Positions 40,165 through 48,700 of a stretch of DNA of 64,000 nt are shown here, piece by piece. The notes under the pieces are model-generated. The model made no database searches and was not told the origin of the DNA. It saw only the letters and a list, made by a program, of their open reading frames with translations. Positions within the stretch are counted from its first letter, which is position 1; the number at the start of each line of letters is the position of its first letter. The position numbers were made by a program, and so were the translations under genes. The stretch lies in assembly GCA_049794055.1 (NCBI GenBank), contig JBARCL010000128.1, positions 5,127-69,126 of the forward strand, read 5' to 3'. This DNA is from Sulfitobacter sp. GTDB lineage: Bacteria > Pseudomonadota > Alphaproteobacteria > Rhodobacterales > Rhodobacteraceae.

Positions 40165-42203
40165 CCGCAACCGTTGTATTTGATCCGCTGATCCCGGTTT
40201 CGCTGCTGATCGTGGTAATCATCATCGCGCTGATCGGGCTGATTCTGGCAATCCTGCGCGGGCTGAACGGATGGGCCTTGCGCGGCTTGGCGGCTGCGGT
40301 AGTGGTGGGCGCGCTGGCGAACCCCTCATATCAACAAGAAGACCGCGCGCCGCTGAGTGATATCGTACTGCTGGTCGAAGACCAAAGCGCAAGCCAAGGC
40401 TTGGGCGGGCGTGAAGACCAGACGGCCCAAGCCGCACAGGCACTGGCCGCACAGATCACCGCACGGCCCAATACCGAAATCCGGCGTATCACAGTCCCCG
40501 ATGGCCTAGGCGATGCAGGCACGCAGGTGATGATCGCAATCGCCGACGCTTTAGCCGAAGAACCACAGGCACGGATAGCCGGGATTCTGGCGATCAGCGA
40601 CGGGCGCGTGCATGACGCGGATCTACCCGTCGACCTGCCCGCGCCGATGCATCTGCTGATGACAGGGAAACAGGCCGATTGGGATCGCCGCCTGACTGTC
40701 CGCAACGCCCCCGCTTTCGCGATTATCGGAGAGGCGGTCACGCTGACCCTGCGTATCGACGATCTGGGAAACGCCCCAGCTGGCGAAACCCTCGCCCCCC
40801 TTGATATTTCCATTGACGGGGAACCGGCGCAGACCTTTCGCGTGCCGATTGGCCAAGACCTCGAGCTGCCCGTCACCCTGCCCCATGGCGGGCGCAATGT
40901 GATCCGGTTTTCCCTGCCCCAGGCCGAGGGAGAATTGACCAACCGCAACAATACCGCCCTAATCCAGATGAACGGGGTGCGCGACCGCCTCAGCGTGCTT
41001 CTGGTCAGCGGCGAACCGCATCCCGGCGGGCGCACATGGCGCAACCTTTTGAAGTCTGACAGCTCTGTTGATCTGGTGCATTTCACCATTCTGCGCCCAC
41101 CAGAAAAGCAGGATGGCGTGCCTGTCACCGAACTGTCGCTGATCGCCTTTCCGACCCGTGAACTGTTCATGGAAAAGATCGAGGATTTCGATCTGATCAT
41201 CTTTGACCGCTATCAGCGGCGCGGCATCCTTCCGGCGCTCTATCTGGATAATGTCGCCAAATATGTGCGACAAGGCGGCGCGGTGCTGGTGGCTGCCGGT
41301 CCTGATTTTGCGAGTGCCGACAGCATTTTCCGATCGCCCCTCGGGTCTGTTATTCCGGCCACACCCACGGCGCGGGTGCTTGACGAACCCTATCGCCCGC
41401 TTGTCACCGATCTGGGCAAACGCCATCCGGTCACCACCAATCTGCCCGACAACGGCGATTGGGGTCGATGGCTGCGCCAGATTGATGTTACCGACCCGCA
41501 GGGCAATGTGGTGATGGAAGGGATCGACGGACGCCCCTTGTTGGTGTTGAACCGTGTCGAAGAAGGGCGCGTGGCGCTCCTGGCCTCGGATCATGCGTGG
41601 CTGTGGAGCCGTGGCTATGAAGGCGGTGGTCCACAGTTGGAATTGTTGCGCCGTCTTGCGCATTGGATGATGAAAGAGCCCGAGCTTGAGGAAGAGGCGC
41701 TGGTCGCCACCGCAGAGGGGCAGAACATGCGGATCACGCGGCGCACCTTGGGTGAATCCGTCCCGCCTCTTACGGTGACGACACCCGATGGCAGCACCTT
41801 GGAGGTCCCTTTGACGGAAGGTTCCGCAGGGGTGTTCGAAGGTGTGTTCAAGGGGCCTGAGATGGGGCTATACCGGCTCGTCAATGGTGATCAGACTTCT
41901 GTCATCGGCCTTGGCCCCGCGGCACCGCGTGAATTTGTCGAGACGATTGCCAGCTCTGACGCATTGACCCCGATCATGACTTCCGCGCGGGGCGGCGTAG
42001 CGCGACTGGAGGACGGGTTGCCCAGATTGCGCAACGTGCGGGCAGGGCGTCCGGCGGCGGGGCGTGGTTGGCTGGGGATCACCCCGCGCGGGGCATATGA
42101 AACCCGCGATATCCGTCAGACCGCGATATTGCCGGGGTGGCTGGTTCTGTTGCTGTCTGCGGCATTGATCACTGCCGCATGGCTGCGCGAGGGACGGCGT
42201 TAA
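40161..42203 (+). CDS. Membrane protein with vWA-like, Ig-like and glutamine-amidotransferase-like domains
   Basis: EDQSAS and ISDG vWA-like motifs; GELTNRNN; LLKSDSSVDLVHFTILR; terminal TM segments. Confidence 0.8.
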   Translation: MTATVVFDPLIPVSLLIVVIIIALIGLILAILRGLNGWALRGLAAAVVVGALANPSYQQEDRAPLSDIVLLVEDQSASQGLGGREDQTAQAAQALAAQITARPNTEIRRITVPDGLGDAGTQVMIAIADALAEEPQARIAGILAISDGRVHDADLPVDLPAPMHLLMTGKQADWDRRLTVRNAPAFAIIGEAVTLTLRIDDLGNAPAGETLAPLDISIDGEPAQTFRVPIGQDLELPVTLPHGGRNVIRFSLPQAEGELTNRNNTALIQMNGVRDRLSVLLVSGEPHPGGRTWRNLLKSDSSVDLVHFTILRPPEKQDGVPVTELSLIAFPTRELFMEKIEDFDLIIFDRYQRRGILPALYLDNVAKYVRQGGAVLVAAGPDFASADSIFRSPLGSVIPATPTARVLDEPYRPLVTDLGKRHPVTTNLPDNGDWGRWLRQIDVTDPQGNVVMEGIDGRPLLVLNRVEEGRVALLASDHAWLWSRGYEGGGPQLELLRRLAHWMMKEPELEEEALVATAEGQNMRITRRTLGESVPPLTVTTPDGSTLEVPLTEGSAGVFEGVFKGPEMGLYRLVNGDQTSVIGLGPAAPREFVETIASSDALTPIMTSARGGVARLEDGLPRLRNVRAGRPAAGRGWLGITPRGAYETRDIRQTAILPGWLVLLLSAALITAAWLREGRR

Positions 42204-43093
42204 AGCGCGCGCAACAACAGGCCACCGGCAAGAAACACAACGGCGCATCCGGCCAAAACTTCAATCGCGGCTACGGCCTGCGCCAGCCGGGACGAACCGC
42301 TGAGGCCCGCAAGCAGCCCGCCCCGCAAGCCCCCCGCCAGAAGGCCGACAAAGATCGTTACCAGCGCGGTGCCAAAGGCCATTGCAAAAGCCCCCGCAAC
42401 GCCCAGGCCTCCAATACCCATCTGCCAAGTGATGATCAGCACAAACAGTGCGCCGGTGCAGGGCCGCACCGCAATGCCCGCAATGAGGACCAGCGCGTCG
42501 CGCAGAGTTCCGGCCTTCTCGACCTGATCAAGCGAAGGACCATGGGAATGCCCGCAGCTGCTGCAAACGTCGCCGTCGCCTTCGTGGGAATGATCCTGCT
42601 GTCGCACAACCATTTTGCGCAGACCCCGTCCCACCAGCCACAGACCAATCAGTGCAATGGCCGCGTAGCTGACCGGCGCCATGATAGCCTCGGTCAGATC
42701 CACCATCGCTTGCCGCCCCAGGTTCAGCACCAGCACTCCGGCGTAGACCAGCAGAACTGCCGATACCGCTTGGCCAAGCGAGGCCGCCAATGCGATCAGT
42801 GACAGGCGTAGCATCGGCACCTTGCGTGCGAATCCGTAGCCGCCAATCAGGACTTTACCGTGACCCGGTCCCGCAGCATGGGCCAGCCCATAGGCAAAAC
42901 AAGCCGCCAGAACAGTGGTAATTGCGGCCATGTCCCCCGCCCGCACCAGACGCAAGGCGCGGGCAATGCCGTTCTGGAAGTCGCGTTGCTGGGTTGCAGC
43001 CCAGAACCCCAAGCGGTCAAATCCACCAGAGAACCAGAACCACCCCAATGCGACAAAAACCGCGCAGGCTGTTATACTTAGGACATATCGCAT
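42200..43093 (-). CDS. Nickel/cobalt transporter (RcnA/NicO-like)
   Basis: HAAGPGHGK, His/Cys loop HSHEGDGDVCSSCGHSHGP, RPCTGA. Confidence 0.88.
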   Translation of the reverse strand: MRYVLSITACAVFVALGWFWFSGGFDRLGFWAATQQRDFQNGIARALRLVRAGDMAAITTVLAACFAYGLAHAAGPGHGKVLIGGYGFARKVPMLRLSLIALAASLGQAVSAVLLVYAGVLVLNLGRQAMVDLTEAIMAPVSYAAIALIGLWLVGRGLRKMVVRQQDHSHEGDGDVCSSCGHSHGPSLDQVEKAGTLRDALVLIAGIAVRPCTGALFVLIITWQMGIGGLGVAGAFAMAFGTALVTIFVGLLAGGLRGGLLAGLSGSSRLAQAVAAIEVLAGCAVVFLAGGLLLRAL

Positions 43094-43719
43094 GTGACGC
43101 GCACTGTTGTGGCCAGCAGGATGCCGACATCCGGTACATTCTCGTCAGACATTTCATCCATTGCGGCCAATTGATCACTCACCTCTTGCAGCCGCGCCTG
43201 AACGTCGGGAACATCAAAAGTCTTGGCGCAGGCTGAGTTGCCCTTAATCCGTACCGGCAAAGTGACATCATAGGCACTGTAATAGGTCGGGTCATACGGC
43301 TTGATCTCGATCGGCGAGCCGGCCATTTGATCCTGCGACACCTGACGCACATGGGTCGTTGTAATCCGTGCGTTCTCGTAGACGGCGGTGGCCTGCATCG
43401 GCGCCGATAACGTCAAGAAATGCCCGTCCTGGACAATCACCAGATCCCCATTGAAGCCCTCGGTCCACTGCATATCAAAGCCTTGCAGGTCGGCCTGCTC
43501 GGCTTTTGTCAGAACACCGTCAAAATCGGGATCAAGCCCGCGGTCCTCGGTGATCAGCAAAGAATAAAACTCATCGTAAACCCAGGTGACACGCACCTCG
43601 CTCAACCGCCCGGCCTCGTCAAATTGCAAATCCAGTCCGGTATCCACAAAAATATGCGGATGCGCCGCCAAGGGGGCGGCAGTCAGCAGGGTAAGGGCGA
43701 AGGCAAGCGCGTGTTTCAT
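43078..43719 (-). CDS. DUF1007 family periplasmic protein
   Basis: Signal peptide followed by AHPHIFVD; W.YDEFYS and YDPTYY motifs. Confidence 0.85.
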   Translation of the reverse strand: MKHALAFALTLLTAAPLAAHPHIFVDTGLDLQFDEAGRLSEVRVTWVYDEFYSLLITEDRGLDPDFDGVLTKAEQADLQGFDMQWTEGFNGDLVIVQDGHFLTLSAPMQATAVYENARITTTHVRQVSQDQMAGSPIEIKPYDPTYYSAYDVTLPVRIKGNSACAKTFDVPDVQARLQEVSDQLAAMDEMSDENVPDVGILLATTVRVTCDMS

Positions 43720-43765
43720 GATGCTTTCGAGATAGGGCATTGCGCGGGCTTCAACAAGATCAGGT

Positions 43766-45787
43766 TCACCGTATCCGGATTTGAACACTCGCCGATTGCC
43801 CCTTGGCGTCAACCACCGAAATGCGCGAAAATCCCTTGTTAGATATTGGTAATTGAACATCACGACGGGTCAATCCCGTTAGAACGGGTACACCATTAAC
43901 CAATACCGTCAGCGGAAAAATGCCTGCCGCCAGCTTCAGGGGCAGACCATCACCCTGTCCTCCAAGTAGAACCGCGCCATCGGGGGGGAAGTGAACCTCG
44001 GGTGCAGTGACCGCTTTGCGAAAGACCGCGTCTCGGGGACGGAACCGTTGCAAGGGAAGCGGCAGGTCTGCCGAGCTGACCATCAACGTTTCGGGGGGCG
44101 GCGTCGGCAACGGTACCGGCGTTGATGCGATCCGGCCAAATGCTTCGAACAAGACAGGTGCTGCCAGCGCGCCGCCAAAGGCACCCGGCACAGGTGTACC
44201 ATCAGGCCTGCCCAACCAGACGCCAATCACATGGGCCCCGTCAAACCCGATCGCCCAAGCATCGCGATGGCCGTAAGATGTCCCGGTTTTATAGGCGATA
44301 TTTCGGGCATCAGCCGCGCCGTTAGGCGGGGGGATACTGGCAAGGATATGCGACACCTGCCATGCTGCCGCACGCGAAAGGATGGTTTGCGATGGCCTTG
44401 TCCGGCCGCGTTCCCAAATCAAAGGATGCACCACCCCTCCCTGCGCCAGCCCGCCATAAAGCTGCACCAGATCGTTCAAGGTCAGCCCAACGCCCCCCAG
44501 CGCCACTGCCAGCCCCGCCTTGCCTGCAAGGGCCGGCTTGACGCCACCCTTTTGCAGCAAACCCATCAGTCGCGCCGGTCCAAGCTCTTGCGTCAGCAGC
44601 ACGGGAGGGATGTTCAGTGACAGTTGCAAGGCTTCGCGTACAGTAACTTCACCGCGAAACTGTCCATCGAAGTTTTGCGGCGCATAGCGGCCGAAAGCCA
44701 CGGGAGAATCATCAATCAAGGAATCGGGATGGGCGAGACCCTGATCAAATGCCATGGCGTAGATGAACGGTTTCAAGGTCGAACCGGGCGAACGTAGGCT
44801 ACGCGTCATATCGACAAAGCCCAAAGCGCCGCCCTTGCCCTCATAAGCCGACGAGCCTACCGAGGCCAGAACCGCGCCGCTGCGGTGATCCGCGACAACA
44901 ATCGCGCCTGAAACCCCATCGGCTTGCCCCTCTACGGCACGGGCGGCAAGGGCCTCCATCTGCGTTTGCAACCGCGCATCCAGCGTCAGGTCATGCCGCA
45001 AGGCCATTGGATCGCGGGAGTGGATATAATCTGCCAGATGAGGAGCAAGTCGGACAAAGGACCGCATTTTATGCGGGATCGCCGCCACGCGGGTTTGCGC
45101 CGGAGCATTTACACGGGCCAGAACCCGTGTGCGGGCGGCGCGGGCGGCATGGGGATGGCGGTCGGGCCTGCGGGTTTCGGGGGCTTGGGGCAAGGCGATC
45201 AGCAAAGCAGCCTCTGCTGTGGTCAATCGCCGTGGCTCTTTGCCGAACCACGCCAGACTGCCCGCCCGCAGCCCCTCCAACGCACCGCCATAAGGCGCAT
45301 GGGCGAGGTAGAGCGTCAGGATGTCATTTTTGTTTAGATGACGCTCTAACGCCAAGGCCAGCCGGATCTGCCGCAACTTTCCCACCCAACGCCCAGTGCC
45401 GGAATTTTCCAGCAATCTTGCTGTCTGCATCGTCAGGGTCGAACCGCCAGAGACAATGCGCCCCGACACCAGCGCCTGTCCGGCGGCGCGCAAAAGCGCC
45501 AGCGGGTCAACACCCTTGTGATTGTAAAACCGCTTATCCTCAAAAGCGATCAGCATCGACAGGTATGCGGGATCCACCTGATCCAGCCGCAGGGCCAACC
45601 GGACACGGCCACCTTCAACCGGGAACACCCGCATCAACATGCCGTGCCTGTCGCGCATTTCAACCGAAGTTTCGATCAAAACGGGGGGCAGAACAGTTGC
45701 CGCGATCCAGCGATCCACGCCATCGCGCAGGGCGGCTCCCCCCCAGAGGACCAGCACCAGCACAAAAGGGACCAGCCTTTGGATCAT
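43766..45787 (-). CDS. pbpC: Penicillin-binding protein 1C
   Basis: Transglycosylase EDKRFY..HKGVD and GGSTLTMQ; transpeptidase STLK, SLN, KTGT; adjacent to alpha-2-macroglobulin. Confidence 0.93.
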   Translation of the reverse strand: MIQRLVPFVLVLVLWGGAALRDGVDRWIAATVLPPVLIETSVEMRDRHGMLMRVFPVEGGRVRLALRLDQVDPAYLSMLIAFEDKRFYNHKGVDPLALLRAAGQALVSGRIVSGGSTLTMQTARLLENSGTGRWVGKLRQIRLALALERHLNKNDILTLYLAHAPYGGALEGLRAGSLAWFGKEPRRLTTAEAALLIALPQAPETRRPDRHPHAARAARTRVLARVNAPAQTRVAAIPHKMRSFVRLAPHLADYIHSRDPMALRHDLTLDARLQTQMEALAARAVEGQADGVSGAIVVADHRSGAVLASVGSSAYEGKGGALGFVDMTRSLRSPGSTLKPFIYAMAFDQGLAHPDSLIDDSPVAFGRYAPQNFDGQFRGEVTVREALQLSLNIPPVLLTQELGPARLMGLLQKGGVKPALAGKAGLAVALGGVGLTLNDLVQLYGGLAQGGVVHPLIWERGRTRPSQTILSRAAAWQVSHILASIPPPNGAADARNIAYKTGTSYGHRDAWAIGFDGAHVIGVWLGRPDGTPVPGAFGGALAAPVLFEAFGRIASTPVPLPTPPPETLMVSSADLPLPLQRFRPRDAVFRKAVTAPEVHFPPDGAVLLGGQGDGLPLKLAAGIFPLTVLVNGVPVLTGLTRRDVQLPISNKGFSRISVVDAKGQSASVQIRIR

Positions 45788-48700
45788 GGGGTGACTGTGA
45801 CCGAACCAGTTGCGGTATTGGCGCGGTACTCGGGGCGGTACATATCTTCGACCGTGGCGGCGGGTTGATGATAGATACCCGGTGTAACCGCCCGCACGAC
45901 ATAAGCCAGTTGAAATGGCTCGGCCTGCCGGTGGTTCACGGCGGCAATAAAACGGTCACTGCGGAACTCGGCGTTTTCGGCATCCCTGGTTTGCAGCCAA
46001 TCCAGCGCGTCGATCTCACCGCTGCGCAAGAGGTTCGGATTATCGATCTCAAAGCCTGCAGGCAGCGGGTCATCCACGATCAGCCGCGCACCGACCTCCC
46101 CAAACGGGGTGACCTTGAGCACCACAACCAATCGCGTGCCAGAAGCAACAGGCCCTTCGACAAGTGCCCCTTCCATAGTGAATGTACGGCGGGTAATTTG
46201 ATAGCCGTAGCCGCCTGCCGCAGGCGCAACTTCGGGCACACCATAGGCTGTCATCGTGACATCCATTGCCCTGTCGCTGATGTTCTCGATCAACGAGGCC
46301 CCACCATCGCCGGCGGTTAGACGTTTCACCACTGGACCGCTGGCCGTCACACCATCCACCCTTAATTTTGCCACTGCGTCAGGCGCGTTCATCGCGTGGG
46401 CGGCAAGGACAACCTGCGCGGCTTCCTGCGTGGAAAGGCGGCTGTTGCCGGTACGCAAACTGGCGCTCAGTGCAACCGGATCAAGCGCGGTGCTGCCGGC
46501 TTCAGCACTCAACTTCAGCACGGCAGCAGTGTCCCGCAGCGGCGTTCCAAAATCATCACGCCATTGCTTGGACGGTGTCGCACCGGCCAGCATTGCACCC
46601 GCTTTGCGGAACATCGCATCCGCCCGCAACGGATCACCGTAGGCGGCCAAAGCTGCCCCCAGTTGCGCCAGCGCCAGCGGTGTTGCGAAATCCGGCGCCT
46701 TGGTGTCGGCATAATACCGTAAATCGCCCATACTGGCGGCACCCGCACGGGCCAGAACAAGCAAGGCATAGGCGATATCTTCGCCCCCTTGATCGAAATC
46801 AGGGGCATAACTGATCCGGTTGCGCAAATTATCCATCGCCAATGCGTAAGCATGGTCGGGCACGGCGTGCCCCTGCGCCCGCGCACGTGACAGAAAATCA
46901 GTGACATAGGCATCCAGCCAGAAGTCACCGGACTCCGCCCGCCATAACCCAAAGGCTCCGTTGCTTGATTGTCGGGTCAGAATACGGGCAATGGCTTGGC
47001 TGATTTTGTAGTTGATCCGGGCCGGTTCGCCAAGGCCTGCAGATTGCGCAACGGAACTAAGGTAAAGCAGCGGCATCGCGCCAGAGGTGACCTGTTCCGT
47101 ACAGCCGTAGGGGTAGCGGTCTAATTGTTGCAACAAACCCGGCACGTCAAAACGCGCCAGTGGACCAGCGGAAAGCGTGGCCAGACCCGTTCCCGCGCGC
47201 AGACCGGCAAAGACGTTGCTGTCAAAGGTAAAACTTTCGCCCCCGCCAAGCGAGAACTGGCGCGTCAGCGCCACCTCGGGGTCATTTTCACGCACCGGCA
47301 TGTTCAAAACCTTACGCAATTCTGTGCCATCCGGTGTGGTCAGCACAACAGTAATCAGATGATCGCCGATTTCGCGGGCCGTCACTGGGATCTCTAACCG
47401 ATCGGTCGCATCTTCACCAAGGGTCACGACAGAGGGGAATTTGCCCAGCCCGACACCGGCATCGGCATGGATTTGCAACGTGGCATCGCCGGTAGGGCCT
47501 GATGCGCGGACCAGTTCCAGCAGCAATCTGCTGCTGTCATTAGGCGCAAGGAAACGCGGCAGGGACGCTGTCACCACAACAGGGTCTTTGGCGATGACAT
47601 CGAAGGTGGCATCACCTACGCCATCAAGCGACCATGCAACGGCCATCAATCTGATGGTGCCGCTGAAAGAGGGTTTGACAATTTCAATGTCGGCGCGGCC
47701 ATCAGGGCCAACCGTGACCGGGCCTGTGAAAAACGCCATCAACTTTTCCGTTGGCGGGGGCGATTGAACTTGTGCGCTGGCAGCCGCATCGCCACCGGAA
47801 CGAACGGCCCCCAAAGCACCGTTCATGCCGTCAATCAGACGCTCGTATATATCGCGCAGTTCGACCCCCAAACGGCGCTGTCCGAAATAATGATCGGTTG
47901 GATTGGGGCCCGTAAAACCGGTGAGGTTGAGAATGCCCAGATCCACGGCCGCGAGGGTCACATAGGCGGTCTGCCCTTTTGCAATGCCGTCGACCAAAAC
48001 GCTGGCATTCAGGGTGCCGGCCTGTCCGTCAATCTGGGCCGGTGCATCAAAACGCACCGACAGTTTCTTGTCAGCTGGCGCAACGGCGGCATGCGCAAGG
48101 CCAAGTTGACGGCTGGGGTTCATACCCGCCGCAACATCCATGCCGCGCAAAACCGAGGCAGTGATATAAGCACCGGTCCCCCATGCCGCGTCCACTGTCA
48201 AGGCAACGGTATTCTCGCCTGTGCTTACCGGCACAAAACGACGTTCAATCACCCGATTGGACAGCACGCTGATCATCGCCACGCCATCGCCCTCTGCAAC
48301 AAGCCGTAAAGTGGCGGTATCACCGGTCTTATACGTCTTAGCGTCCAACGACATATCGAGTCGGTCTGGCGTATCCGTGGCCCCATCTCCGCTATACCAA
48401 CCGGATGCAAACGCGACCGAGGATGCAGCATAGGCAGTGCCAATATGTTCGACGATAATCTCGTAGGCACCCCATTCAGTGGGGGCCGTCACGCGCGTCG
48501 GGGCCGCCCCTAGTGACAGATCGCCGGTTGCTACGCGAATGCGGCGGGTCACCGGTTCCCACTCCCAGTTGCCATAAAGCTGATACCATTGATAGCGCGT
48601 TTCAACCTTGTTGATTGTCCAGCGGACCGGCATTTGCACGGCGTCACCGTCAGGATTGATGGCAATCAGATCAAACCCTGCATCGGCGCCTTCGGGCAGA

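Noticed and set aside
45007..46320. 437-aa ORF antisense to pbpC and A2M
   Set aside because: Arg/Pro/Gly-rich shadow frame spanning two real genes.
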